DNA of 43,746 nt from Callorhinchus milii (GCF_018977255.1 NW_024705444.1:1-43746), one strand, 5' to 3'; positions 1 to 11,590 are shown, counted from the first letter of the stretch. Notes: generated by a model not told the origin, from the letters alone. Numbers and translations are program-made.

Positions 1-425
1 CGGTGGTAGTATAGTGGTGACGATGATGGTGAAGCACACGTGTACATAAAGTGGTGGTGGTGATGCACACACAGTGGTTAAAGTACATAGCACATACACG
101 CACATGCGATACATAGCACGTGCACACACACACGTGTGTGCACGAGGCGGCGGTGGTAGTATAGTAGTGATGATGATTATGTGTACACAAAGTAGAGGGG
201 TGATGATGCACACGTGTACACAAAATCGGTGGTGGTCATGATGCACACACAGTGGTGAGAGTACATAGCACATACACGTATGTGCACGAGGCGGCGGTGG
301 TAGTATAGTGGTGATGATGATGATGATGCATACGTGTATACAAAGTAGAGGTGGTGATGATGCACACACAGTGGTACATAGCACATACACGCACATGCGA
401 TACATAGCACGTGCACACACAGCAC
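1..425. repeat. Degenerate minisatellite or low-complexity array (GGTGGTAGTATAGTGGTGATGATG / GCACAC units)
   Basis: Blocks such as cggtggtagtatagt, gatgcacacacagtggt and gtacatagcacatacacg recur several times. Confidence 0.85.
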
Positions 426-1092
426 ACGCAAAGCGGTACTGGAACTCGGGTCGCCGGGTTCGTACACAACCCATTATCATCATGCCGATGTGTTCTTGTG
501 TCTACCTCCTCATGCTCCTATTGATATATTGGCATGTCTGTTCTTCCGTGTGTAAACCGGACCTTTATCCAGCAGTGGATTGTTGTTTATCATCGCTGTT
601 TGACAGGAGCGAGATCCCTGTACACATTGCGAGATGCACAGCACTACTTGGAACGTTGCTATCGCATCTCCATGTTATGTCGATTTTAGAAAAAAAAAAA
701 ATTACGTGTGTTTAAAGTGTAATGTGTTTATGTGAACGAAGGTGGCTAATGTAATGTGCAAGTTAAACGAAGTCGTCAATTCACGTGGTTATATATAATA
801 CAGAAGTGCGCCTAATAATAATAGTAATACTATCATACATAATAGTGGTGCATTCAAGTCGCGACCGTCTTTACTGGACATCTGTGGGGGAAAGAGCTTC
901 AAGGCTCATCGGATTTCTCCAGGAATAAATACTCTGATTCTGACATTGTGTTCGCGGTGCAACGATATTATCAAAGTTTCTCTTGACAAAGGGCTTCCAA
1001 AATTGTTGCTGTTAGTATTATTATAATAACGCGTGCGTGTCCCATGACACGGTGACTGTTGCCATTGACTAGTTGTATTAATTGTTCCACTA

Positions 1093-1395
1093 CCACACGG
1101 TGGCGAGATGTTAACTACCTTGCCTGGTATGCAGGAGGTCGTGGTTTCGATCCCTACCCGAACGCATATATATTTGGAGTTTGCATGTCTCTCTCTTTCT
1201 CTTCTTCTCGTGGCCGTGTGGGATTTTTCTCCGGGTCCTCCGGCTTTTCACCTCCACATTTAGAATCGACATCACGCGTTTAGAGTAATTTGGCCGCTAT
1301 TAAATGTCCACGTGATAATAAGCCACTTGTGGCCAGGTCGCTTCTAAAAAAAACGAGCTGTAGAGCTCAGTGGGACCTTACCTGGTAAAACAAAA
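1093..1395 (+). mobile_element. tRNA-derived V-SINE (Lam1-like), full length
   Basis: A-box-like TGGCGAGATGTT, B-box GGTTTCGATCCC, V-domain-like core GTGGGATTTTTCTCCGGGTCCTCCGG and tail CCAGGTCGCTTCT...CCTTACCTGGTAAAA. At least six copies occur in the window. Confidence 0.85.
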
Positions 1396-1396
1396 T

Positions 1397-1712
1397 TAAC
1401 CCGTAAAAAACAAAGTTTTTCACTATAAATCCTTTAAATGCGTGGCATCGGTTTTATTTTATTATTCATTTCTGTTTTCTTGAGTAAGAGTTTCATTTTT
1501 ATCACATTGGTATTTTAAATTGAATATGAAATTTTTTTTTCCTAAAAAGTGGAAAATTTTGGAACAAAAATTTCACGAACATTAATTGTCACGCACAACG
1601 AGTCTGTGTGCAAAATGTCAGCTCGATTGGATCACGGGAAGTGGGTTAAAAAACGACCGAAAGATTTGCACGGTCGTAAGCGCGCAAGCAAGTGAACTTA
1701 ATATAAAGGATT
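1397..1712 (-). mobile_element. HINE-like element family 1, with part of the interior replaced
   Basis: Both ends and 1540-1712 are near-identical to the reverse complement of 2519-2870. Confidence 0.72.
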
Positions 1713-1850
1713 TAATAACAAATAGTTTAAAGAGTAAACTGCTGCTGCTGATGATGATGATGCTGACGGATCTCGTATCCCCCCGCGTGAGCAGCGCTGG
1801 GGCAGCCCAGTTGAGGCTGCCCCCCCCGGTCCGTGAGTGAAACCAAATCG

Positions 1851-1976
1851 TGATTTATTATTTTATTTTATTTCTCTTATTACTTTTATTAATTTAAATT
1901 TTATTTTTTTACCTACGTGACTTTACCGAAAAACCCTAAGAGTATGATTCCTTGCAGTCACGAAGCTTCAAATGTA
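1851..1976 (+). mobile_element. Penelope-like (PLE) pLTR fragment, 5'-truncated
   Basis: Family body TACCTACGTGACTTTACCG...TGCAGTCACGAAGCTTCAAAT, flanked by a 16-bp direct repeat GAGTGAAACCAAATCG (1835-1850 and 1977-1992). Confidence 0.75.
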
Positions 1977-2518
1977 GAGTGAAACCAAATCGGCGACCTC
2001 CGCTATAGCGACCCCCAACATTGTAAACGTCTGATGACATTCCAGCTTCCTCGTTGGTTCGCTCAAGTCGAGGGCCGCATTACGCCGAGCTCGTTATACG
2101 CGTGATCTGTCACGTGATCTGTCATTCTTGTGAAATTCTCACCAGATACTGTGTTCTTTAAAAAAAAAAAACCTAACACAATGCTTACGAAAACTGAAAA
2201 TAAAACTCATTCTAGTCCTGAGCAGAGACCCCCCCCCCACTTACTATTTAGTACACGCATGTACTTCGGGAAACATTCTCGGCTGCTCCTCGAGCCTTTC
2301 TTGAACATCATTCGAATTCACTTCAACCAATTGGGGTCACCATCGTCTTCGTATTGCATCGCTTGAAAAAGTTCGTACTCTGTGAATTGCCTCGATATCG
2401 AAACGCGACGCGTGGATACGAAAGCTCCGATGAGCAGGGTTGGCTACGTACGGTGCGAAAGAAGCTCAAAGTACACACGGAAGCTCGCCTGTGCCTGTTG
2501 TCCGCCGGCCGATTATTA

Positions 2519-2870
2519 AATCCTTTATATTAAGTTCGCTTGCGTGCTTGCGTGCTTGCGTGCTTGCTTGCTTGCTTACGACCGTGGCAAATCTTTCGGT
2601 CGTTTTTTAACCCACTTCCCGTGATCCAATCGAGCTGACATTTTGCACACAGACTCGTTGTGCGAGACAATTAATGTTCGTGAAATTTTTTTTCCAAAAT
2701 TTTACACTGTTTAGGGAAAACAAATTAAATATTTAATTACCAATTGCTTAATACTGGCAGACAATCATCTGACCCATAGGTGGCAGCCATCTCAAGCCAG
2801 AGGACGAGAGGACTTTAGCCGCCACGCATATAAAGGATTTAGAGTGAAAAACTTTGTTTTTTACGGGTTA
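2519..2870 (+). mobile_element. Non-autonomous Helentron-associated (HINE/DINE-1-like) element, family 1
   Basis: 5' subterminal repeat AATCCTTTATA, then a (CTTG)n microsatellite, a 3' inverted copy TATAAAGGATT and a terminal hairpin GTGAAAAAC-TTT-GTTTTTTAC. No TSD. Four copies in the window. Confidence 0.72.
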
Positions 2871-2975
2871 AACTTATTTTATGCTTAAGCACTCGTGGGG
2901 CTTTGTCACAACGCAAAACAGCGTGCAAGTACACACGTTGTATCCGCGTGTGTGCCCCGTGTCGGTGTGTGTGTT

Positions 2976-3140
2976 AGGCCTCCCCTTGGTCGACTGAGCC
3001 CCAAATGTGTACCTGGTGTGGTGTGTAAACATCGCTACTGGGGAGACAAAGGCGGCCGGGCGTTGTGCTGGCCACCCATCCCCTCGTGGGCTGTGCCGGC
3101 CTTCATAGTCAGTGGAGGCTATACGGGGGACCTTTATCTT
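2976..3140 (+). mobile_element. Nin/Deu-like SINE, headless fragment
   Basis: GGTCGACTGAGCC..AAATGTGTACC..GAGACAAAGGCGGCCGGGCG..GGCTATACGGGGGACCTTT. Confidence 0.75.
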
Positions 3141-3606
3141 TGTAATGTAAGCGGTGAGTACTTTTCAGCCGGAACATTCCAGAACGCTGTTCCGGGAATT
3201 ATTTGTGGCACTCAACGTCCACCTCGATGTATTTACGACTTGTAAAGCTGATGGGGCACAATAATATCGGGTAATTTTAGATAAGCTTACCTTTGTACTC
3301 AATCTAGTGGTAGTGCCTTACGCCGATAATCCCGACTCCAACTCAGCCTGAGCAGTGAGCACTGAGTTCTAAGTGCAACCAGTCATTATCAAAGAGCTCA
3401 TCACCAATTAATGTATTGTGAGGTCGCGCAAAGTGCCATATAAATACAAAGGTCTCCCGTATAGCCTTGACACACTTTGGAAGCAAGTGTTGTGGCTGAG
3501 TAAAGTTTATGGCTATGCCTGCTTCGTGCAACACGCGTCTGCAATTGCGTGCTCGCAGTTTCAGGGCCACACCTTTACCTCCGACAACTATAAACTAATA
3601 ACAACG

Positions 3607-3888
3607 ACAAAGATCCCCCGTATAGCCTAAAATCACTTTTGGGGCAAGTGTAGCGAGCACCTATGAAAGCAGGAACGGCACATGAGGGGTGAGTTGGCCA
3701 ACACCACGCCCGGCCGCCTTTGTCTCCCTAGTGGCGATGTTTACCCACCGCACCAGCTACTCATTTGAGGCTGAGTCGACATAGGGGAGGCCCAGGACCG
3801 TTTCAGATAATCGTCACCAGCGTTGGCCGTGAGCGGGAATCGAACTCGGGTCGCCGGGTTCTGTAGCGCAGCGCTCCAACCGCTCCCC
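3607..3888 (-). mobile_element. Second tRNA-derived SINE family with a Nin/Deu-like central domain
   Basis: The minus strand has a tRNA head with GAGTTCGATTCCC, a core GTCGACTCAGCC..AAATGAGTA..GACAAAGGCGGCCGGGCGTGG, and a tail GGCTATACGGGGGATCTTT. It matches 39420-39721 and 40991-41300. Confidence 0.8.
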
Positions 3889-3910
3889 ACTTAAATGTAT
3901 AACACAACAC

Positions 3911-4124
3911 GCAGGCAGACAGACAGGCAGACAGACAGACAGGCAGACAGACAGACAGGCGGGCAGGCAGGCAGGCAGGCAGGCAGACAGGCAGACAGAC
4001 AAGCAGACAGACAGACAGACAGACAGGCAGGCAGGCAGGCAGACAGACAGACAGACAGGCAGACAGACAGGCAGGCAGGCAGGCAGGCAGGCAGACAGAC
4101 AGACAGACAGACAGACAGACAGGC

Positions 4125-4157
<33 letters not shown>

Positions 4158-4158
4158 G
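3911..4158. repeat. (CAGA/CAGG)n microsatellite at the 5' end of intron 1
   Basis: Directly visible tetranucleotide array starting about 20 nt from the donor site. Confidence 0.97.
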
Positions 4159-4178
4159 GTGTGCCTGTCACCACTCAC

Positions 4179-4325
4179 CTCCGCCAGGTAGTCCTTGGCA
4201 AGGGAGCTGTCACTGTCGGGCACCGCCGCCTCCTCCATGGACGAGAAGGAACCTCTCGCAGCAGACACGAGGACACAGTTGGCCAGAGTTAGGAGAAGCA
4301 TCGCAGACACCGCCTTGGCTTCCAT
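4179..4325 (-). CDS. npff: Coding exon 1 of the PQRFamide (NPFF-group RFamide) neuropeptide precursor: signal peptide plus start of the pro-region, MEAKAVSAMLLLTLANCVLVSAARGSFSSMEEAAVPDSDSSLAKDYLAE
   Basis: ATG at 4325 and exactly 49 codons ending at a phase-0 donor GAG|GTGAGT (4178-4173). A hydrophobic signal peptide is followed by an acidic pro-segment. It closely matches my recollection of the N-terminus of the sea lamprey PQRFa precursor; this is from memory, not a search. No exon encoding PQRF-GR was found in 1-4170, so later exons are probably outside the window. Confidence 0.82.
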
Positions 4326-4498
4326 CGGTGAATGGGGTGTGAGAGAGGGTCGCGTGAGTGAGTGAGTGAGTGCAAGGCGGGTGAGTGACTGCTGCTGCGG
4401 GCTGACGCGGACACAAGACTCGGACACACTCGCACGAGGGGGAGGGGGGACTACGTGAAGATCAAGCCGCGGTCTATTTCAGCGGAACGCTGCGTGTC

Positions 4499-4511
4499 TC
4501 ATATATATAGA
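4499..4511 (-). promoter_or_regulatory. TATA box of the neuropeptide precursor gene
   Basis: The minus strand reads CTATATATATGAG about 180 nt upstream of the ATG in a GC-rich context. This implies a start site near 4475 and a 5' UTR of about 150 nt. Confidence 0.6.
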
Positions 4512-4617
4512 GAGCGAGCGTGTGGATTCCTGTTCTGATGGAGACCTCCCCCCCCCCACTCTACCCCCCACTCCACCCCCACACTCGCCCTTTTTAAAGC
4601 TCCTCTGGGATGGGTGT

Positions 4618-4628
4618 AAATGACGCGG
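4618..4628. promoter_or_regulatory. CRE half-site (TGACG) in the proximal promoter
   Basis: AAATGACGCGG lies about 115 bp upstream of the TATA box. CREs are common in neuropeptide promoters, but a 5-mer is weak evidence. Confidence 0.3.
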
Positions 4629-5644
4629 TTTCTATCAGAGAGATATAGTTGTAGGTATTCGCACATTCACGAGCCCGCTTCTCATCGCTGGTGTAAAGCT
4701 GACCACTCGTTTATATATTTTAAAAAAAATGACCTCCACTGATGTGCCCATGATGATGGGATTTCTGCTCATTTGCCGATTTGTTTCTAAAGGGGAATTG
4801 GTCAAAGAGCCCAAATCCAGCAGGACCGCCCCTGAACGGGTCTTGAGTCTCAATGAGTAAATAAATCATCATTAAGGTCCGCTCGGCTTTGCTCTTGCGC
4901 GCGTACGAACAACAACGGGTTCACGTTGTGCACGAGCGCGTGTCGCCCGCACAGCATCGGCACGGAACAACGGCGACGCCGAAGACACTGCAACGTTCTC
5001 GCATCGTTCGTGGCGGCAGCGGTAACGATTTTGATGCGTCACGGGTGGCCAGCGACGATCATCAGCGCGCTGCGCCAACGACCGACCCTTCTGGGTTCGC
5101 GAATTTGTGTGCCTGCCACGGCTCGCGTGCGTCGACGGGGGGAACGGTATCTGCACGTTGTCCTGGGTCATCGCCGTTCGGCAAGCCACACCGCTCAGTG
5201 TGGTGAAATATGGGCAAATAAGCCCCCACCCCCTCCCTCCCCCCCGCGCCATGACCAAACAACGCGGCGCGGTGATGCCGTTGGCACGCTCACAGCTGGG
5301 TGGGGCGTGAAGACCCCAATCGCGTCGTGTCGGGGGGCTGTCGCGAGAAGGGGTACCTGGGGGTGAGCCCTGCACCAACCACTGTGCCCCTTGATACCCC
5401 CTCGCCATCCTCCCCGCCACCCCCACCAAAGTTCACTCTACAGGGTGGTCCAGGTGTCTTGTGACCCCCCCCTCCCCCAATTGAATTGACCCCAGGCATT
5501 GTTTTTCCCTTTGCACATTAATTTCAGTTTTAAATAAACCTTACTCTCTTTGCATATTAATTTCTCATTTCAAATAAAGCTTTCGGAGGAAATGTTACGT
5601 TTTAGAGAATGAAAACTACAATGAAACTATTTTTAAAATTAAAT

Positions 5645-6630
5645 TTTACTTGGTAAGACCCACTGAGCTAACACAGCTCTTTCAGAAGCGACTTGGCTAT
5701 CACAGATGATAGCTCCACGAAGTGGCTTATCAACGTGTGGACATTTCTAACAGTAGCCAAATACTCTGAACGCGTGACGTTGATTCTAAATGTGGAGGGG
5801 GAAAAACCGGAGACCCGGAGATAAAAATAAGTATAATCCGTAAAAACAAAGTTTCTCACTATAAATCCTTTATATGCGTGGCGGCTAGAGTCCTCTCGTC
5901 CTCTGGCTTGAGATGGCTGCCACCTATGGGTCAGATGATTGCATGGCAGCATTAAGCAATTGGTAATTAAATATAATATTTTTGTCCTAAAAAGTGTAAA
6001 ATTTTGGAGAAAATTTTTTCACGAACATTAATTGTCACGCACAACAAGTCTGTGTGTAAAATGTCAGCTCGATTGGATCACGGGAAGTGGGTTAAAAAAC
6101 GACCGAAAGATTTGCACGGTCCTAAGCAAGCAAGCGAACTTAATATAAAGGATTTAAAAAATTAACCCGTAAAAACAAAGTTTTTCACTCTAAATCCTTT
6201 ATATGCGTGGCGGCTAGAGTCCTCTCGTCCTCTGGCTTGAGATGGCTGCTACCTATGGGTCAGATGATTGTCTGCCAGCATTAAGCAATTGGTAATTGAA
6301 TATTTAAAAAAAATTCCCTAAACAGTGTAAAATTTTGGAAATTTTTTCACGAAAATTAATTGTCACGCACAACGAGTCTGTGTGGAAAATGTCAGCTCGA
6401 TTGGATCACGGGAAGTGTGTTAAAACATGACCGAAAGATTTGCACGGTCGTAAGCAAGCAAGCACGCAAGCACGCAAGCAAGCAAGCAAGTGAACTTAAT
6501 ATAAAGGATTAAAAAATCCACGCGACCACGGGGAGACAGAACAAATACACAGCGGGCGTCAGGGTTAGGGTCGAACTCAGGGACCTCCTCCTGTATACCA
6601 GGCGAGGCAGATAACATCTCCCCACCGGGG
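5645..6630 (-). mobile_element. V-SINE split in two (5645-5822 and 6511-6630) by a tandem HINE insertion
   Basis: The SINE body stops at CCGGAGACCCGGAGA (about 5821) and resumes at AAAAAATCCACGCGACCACG (6511). Joining the two halves restores the consensus. Confidence 0.85.
5834..6510 (-). mobile_element. Head-to-tail tandem dimer of HINE-like family 1 (5834-6154 and 6163-6510)
   Basis: Two consecutive near-identical 320-350 bp units inserted in an A-run of a V-SINE. Confidence 0.8.
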
Positions 6631-8064
6631 TCATAAGACATGCGGACCACCCTGTACTTAGCGGTTAATCACTTTCACGGTGCCCCCCCCCCCCCTCATC
6701 CGCGAAGAGCCAGGCCAGGTGTCATGTCAAGGTTGGCGAGGTGAGCCCTGTGAACGGTCTTTGCCATGAGCTGCCTCCACCACGGTGAAAATCTGAAATG
6801 CAATTGACGGTAATGGATTTCACGGTGCGCTATGCTCCCGCAGTGGCTTATGAGAGGCTTAACAGGGGAGCTCTGTCACTGCAATACGAGCTCTCGCTTG
6901 ACCAAATAGAGGGGGGGAGGTGATGGGAGGGAAAGAGGGACATCAAATTGAAGTCTCATTTTGAATGCTCATAAGTGTGCCTACGCACGCGTGTATGCTC
7001 CAGAGCTGAGCTTGCGCCCGGGCACTCGCTCGCTCAGCTCGGCTCGGCTCCACGCACATCCACAGCGCGCCGCCCTCTACCTATGCGGGGTCACCAGCGC
7101 GGCTTTGCAAAAATCACTGCGTGACGCGTCCCCTTTGCATCCTGGGGGCTTGAGCTACGCAACGTAACGCAGACGAGCGAGCAAGCGAGCGCGCGATTAC
7201 AAAGAGCAAGTGGCAGACAATTGAAAGTACTGGTGGGGAATTGAGGCGGCGGCTGCTGCTGTACGCCTGGAATCCTCGCTCATCTCACCAATTAGAGGAC
7301 GAAGTAGCCCCCCTACCTCGCCCCCCCCCCCAAACTCCCCCCGCGCTCTCCTCGAATGCCACCCCCCGGATTGATCTGGAGAAAGAGAGAGAGAGAGACA
7401 GAGACAGCGGAGCGATGAATGCACTCCGCCGACCCGACTCATATTCGCACGCCGCGCGGGAGGGGATGGATGTTGGGCGACGAGAGGCACACTTTTGAAA
7501 CAATCGCTCCACCCCCCTCCTCCCCCTCTCCGCCGTCCCTGGTCTCCAGTTGCTGTTTCTCGCCGCTCTCTCGTTGCTGTTGACGTGTCCCGATCACGCC
7601 TTGAGAAATGATTACCAAAATACATCAAGCGGAGAGACTGGCGTGGGGGCTGGATTTTGTAAAACATCGGTCGTGCCCCCCCCCACCCACACACCCCCAC
7701 CGCCTTCCCCCCCCGCCGCCGCTGACCCAGCACATGCAATGGCTTCAGCTTTGCGCAGTCTGTGAGTCCGGTGATGGCGCTGCCGATGATGATCGTGGTG
7801 ACGACGACGACGACGATGATGCCCGTTGTCGTAATGGCCACGGCGAAAAGTCGTCGTTCGCTCGAGTTGTGAACGTGCCGCTGTTCACAACGCGACGCAC
7901 TTCCCCTCCACTCGGGCTGCGTCGAGTGGAGGCGCGTTTACGACACGCTTACACGTTGACGAGATCTAACCCAGACAATTGGATGATATTGGTCGCGAAA
8001 GCTTGCATGTACAATGCAGGCGTTATTTATGTTTGCGCCGATACTAGCCGGTAACCCTATAGAC

Positions 8065-8279
8065 TTCTTAGGTTTTTTTTCGGTAAAATCACTTGATACA
8101 GCTATCGTGCTGTGACGGTTCCACCTGAAGACGGAAGCTTGTGTTGCCTCCGAAACGTCGTTATTTTAATTTTATTTTAATTTTACTTTTATTAATTTAT
8201 TTTATTTTTTACCTACGTGATTTTACCGGAAAAAAAACTAGAATATGAATCCTTGCAGTCACGAAAGCTTCAAATCTAA
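8065..8279 (+). mobile_element. Penelope-like pLTR insertion with a 5' inverted piece and a hammerhead motif
   Basis: 12-bp TSD AACCCTATAGAC (8053-8064 and 8280-8291). Inverted fragment at 8065-8091. Confidence 0.8.
8121..8162 (+). ncRNA. Minimal type I hammerhead ribozyme variant
   Basis: CAC-CUGAAGA-C-GGAAGC-uuguguu-GCCUCC-GAAA-CG-UC-GUU. It has the core boxes, stem II and a palindromic ACGU stem III; stem I is weakened by one change. Confidence 0.65.
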
Positions 8280-8854
8280 AACCCTATAGACCTTCATCTA
8301 TATGCAGCCCTAACCCTCGCACGAGCCACTAACCCTAGACCTGACCCTAAACCTCGGCACAATAGTCGCCGAGCACGCCTGCGACCCTATAGAGCCTCCT
8401 GGTGGCTGGGTGGTGGTGGTGGTGATTGCCTCGACGAGTCGGTCGTTCTGGACGATGTCTGCGTTGGCCCGCCGTTCCAGCCTTCAGTGCTGCCCGATGT
8501 GCGACCCGAGTCCTTTTCTGTCGTCGTTCCACAACGGATTTTTGCGATTTCGGCGGAATTATCGGGCGAGATTGTTGACGTCTGCTCTGGCACGCGAGCA
8601 GTTGTTGTTTTTATCTCGGCAACGGGGCGACTGAAATGTCTTTGGCCATCATTTCTCGAGTGCACAGGACATTTTGACAATGGCTGGTGGATCATACAGA
8701 GGGGCGATTGAAGCGGTGGTTGCACAGGGCAGTACAGCGAGTATGTTTCTGTGGAATGTCTTCTGAGTGCTCTTCTTCAGACGCAACCAGTTGTCACCGT
8801 GCAGTGAAACTAAGGTTTGATTCCCGGGATGTAAACTATTCAACTATATATAGA

Positions 8855-9155
8855 TTTTACCAGGTGAGGCCCACTGAGCTGGAATAGTTTTCAGAAGCGA
8901 CCTGGGTCACAAATAAAAGCTCAACCAAGTGGCTCATCACGTGGAAATGTACAGCAGCCAAACACTCTAAACGCGTGATGTTGATTCTAAATGCGGAGGG
9001 GAAAACCTGGAGGAGCCAGAGAAAAGCCCACGCGACCACGCAGAGAGAGAGAGACGCAAACTACAAATATACAACAGCAGGCGTCAGGGTCGGGATCGAA
9101 CCCACGACCTCCTGCATACCAGGCGAGGTGGTTAATATTTCGCCACCGTGGTGCC
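8855..9155 (-). mobile_element. V-SINE, full length
   Basis: Reverse complement of the 1093-1395 element, including head, V-domain and tail. Confidence 0.87.
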
Positions 9156-9189
9156 CCGTGTATGTAAATTACGACAAATGCGTCCCCCG

Positions 9190-9285
9190 CTCGGTTGACT
9201 CAGCCTTCAAATTGTAGTGCCTGGTGACGTGGCGTGTCGTAAAGCAACCGCGCTGGGAGAGACAAAGGTGGCCGGGCGTGGCTCT
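9190..9285 (+). mobile_element. Nin/Deu-like SINE core fragment
   Basis: GGTTGACTCAGCCTT...GAGACAAAGGTGGCCGGGCGTGG. Confidence 0.65.
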
Positions 9286-10389
9286 GGAAAACAACTTCTT
9301 CTTCCTCCCACATAAAGGAAATTCAGTGCCGTAGTTCGTACGCACATTTTTTTTTAACTCGACCGAGCATCTCGGACCCTTTTGAAACGACCAATTCTTT
9401 CGACTCGGTAATAAGTTGCTGCCGCTGTTATTTTTCTTCTACCTTGCGTGAATAAATGATATTCTCATTAGCATCGAAGCCCGAAGATAGGTGGCCGTGA
9501 CATTTTATCAAAAGCGGCGACAGTGGGCGCCTATATCATGCACAACGCCCGTGCGACATCGCGTTTTGGATTAACGCGCTTAATCACAGCCGGGGAATTG
9601 ATGCAGAGTGAGTGAGTTGGGGGGGGTAGGGGAAGATTGGGATGGATGGATGGAGGATGAGTGTGGGGTTTGGCATTCTACGGTGGACGGGGGTGGGGGT
9701 GTCGGGTGAATTGTCAAAGAGAGCGAAATAAAAACGTCTCTACAGAGGCGCTGCGGTGTCGCTCGCAATGCGTCACCTGCACGTCCCAGGCGAGAGGGAA
9801 TTCATCGCTCGCCCCGTTTATTATTTCGCGGTTGGCGGCGGCGGCGGCGAGCGTGCGTGTGGATCGAGTTTATTGCGGGGGGGGGGGGGGCTGCCATGGT
9901 GGTCCCGGGGAGGGTGGCGGTAGTCCCGACAGATGTTTATGAAATGAGCGCGAATTTGCGATTCCCTCGGGACGCTCGTGGGTTGTCGAGCGAGCGAGCG
10001 CGCGGGAGAGGCGACGACCCAAAGTCGATTAAGAGAGCGGAGCGGAGCGCAGCGCGCGCGCGCGCGAGAGAGAGATAAAGTAATGAAATCTCACACGTGT
10101 CTGCGTGCGTGCCTTGGTTGTAGGAACGTTGAGGCCGTACCGGCTAGAAACTTTGCGCGACCTTCGCGGACACGCGGCGCTCTCGCCGGGTGTGCAGGCG
10201 GTGCGACTGCGCTACGGCCATGGGTCTGATGGGTCCGGGTGCCAGGTTGGAGAGACGCGGGTGGGGGGAGGAAGTCGACGGTAGGGCAAAAAGCACCCAT
10301 TGAATTCCTTGCACCAGGGCCCATTCACAACCAACGCAATGCCTCTGTAGAACCATATAATTAATTTGGTCTTGTCAACACCACACCGC

Positions 10390-10545
10390 TGTCGTGATGC
10401 TCGGTAGCCACTGTTGCTATGCAGTTTTAAATCGAGATTAGAAACTAATTTCTTGAAGAAGAGTTTGGTGTGTGTGCGTGTCAAGTTTCGTATCCTTCCC
10501 CCCCCCGCACCTCCGAGTAGCGCGGTTGGCTACGTGCGAAAGAAG
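10390..10545 (+). mobile_element. LINE2 3' end remnant
   Basis: An SFKSRLETNFL translation followed by the tail motif CTCCGAGTAGCGCGGTTGGCTACGTGCGAAAGAAG. The same motif occurs at about 2425-2464, 12065-12100 and 37570-37620 (-). Confidence 0.55.
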
Positions 10546-11184
10546 TCGCGAATCGCTCACAGCACTTGCTCCAAAAACTCCATTACGTGCGATCTCTGTC
10601 CTTGTGCTACATGTCTCCGCTATTCTCAAGCTCGCGGTCTGACGTACGCGAGCCCAAGCCAGCGTCGCAAATAGCGAATGCTGCCCTCAAAGTGGTCAAA
10701 ATTAAAACCATCCCTCAAGTCAAACTTCCGGGCACTCTCCCCCCCCCCCCCCCGAGCTCGCCTCGCCGCCGATTGGGAGTTAACAGCCTTCCCCGTGAAT
10801 TATTTCAATAATAAGGACGCCGGAATAGAGCTGAATAGATATTGCAAGATGACCGTCTAATAAAGCTCAGTGCACTCCCCCCCCCACTCCTCCTTCAGTG
10901 TAGATGACACGCGCACAGGCTTAGCGCAAATATCACAAAAAAGAAACCATGTTTGCGCCTTCGAGCGCTGTCCTGGACCATCTGCATCTTGGATTCGGTC
11001 ATTGGCATTTTGAGTCGCTTGAAGCGCTATTCCCGTTTAAGCCGCCTTCATAAAGCAGCGCCTGGTTGCCGCTAATAAAAAAAGCGAACGTAAGCCTCGT
11101 TCCCGGCAATACAATTACAGTGCTTTAATTAAGAGGATTAGGCTGGTGATCAGCTCATTCGGAATATGGGCGTGCGGTACGTTT

Positions 11185-11293
11185 TGGAGACAAAGACGGC
11201 CGGGCGTGGTGTTGGCCATCAGAACCCCCTTTGTGTGCCGTGCCGGCCTTCATAGGTGCCTCGCTAACAGCACTTGCCCTTACAGGCTGTTAA
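11185..11293 (+). mobile_element. Nin/Deu-like SINE 3' fragment
   Basis: GGAGACAAAGACGGCCGGGCGTGG...GCCGGCCTTCATAGG...CAGCACTTGCCC. Confidence 0.7.
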
Positions 11294-11299
11294 GTGTCG

Positions 11300-11590
11300 A
11301 GCCTTCGACACTTCAAGTGCACATCGCCTGGAACAATCTTGCCGCGTATGAAGCGCAATACCTCGCTGATCTCGGCAAGGAGCATAAACAACCATCGTCT
11401 CGGTCATCCTCGCTTCTGGATCGCCCTCGAACAAGAACCGTCGCTGCATCGTGCGCGCGTTCAGATGCGCATCTGCGGCCGTCTGGAACGCTCTTCCCCT
11501 TCCGATATCAGGAAGCAACTGGGAGCTGTGGCACTTTGAAATCGTCGAGATTGAAAAACGAATTTTCGTTAGAACTGCGTTTTGTGTTTA
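11300..11590 (+). pseudogene. LINE2-clade ORF2 C-terminal remnant
   Basis: Frameshifted translations NNLAAYEAQYLADL...RSSSLLDRPRTRT / RAFRCASAAVWNALP / LKSSRLKNEF resemble the L2 C-terminus (LAPQYL..LRS..VPRTR..RAFS.AAP.LWN.LP..FKSRLKT). Confidence 0.65.

Noticed and set aside
3803..4191. ORFs rich in CLSV/CLPA or RQTD repeats
   Set aside because: They are translations of the intronic CAGA/CAGG microsatellite; the real exon ends at the donor at 4178.
4872..5429. Overlapping 105-185 aa ORFs upstream of the promoter
   Set aside because: This is GC-rich, stop-poor DNA that is open in several frames, with no recognisable protein.
8290..8355. Telomere-like TAACCC repeats
   Set aside because: There are only a few degenerate units, not a true interstitial telomeric array.
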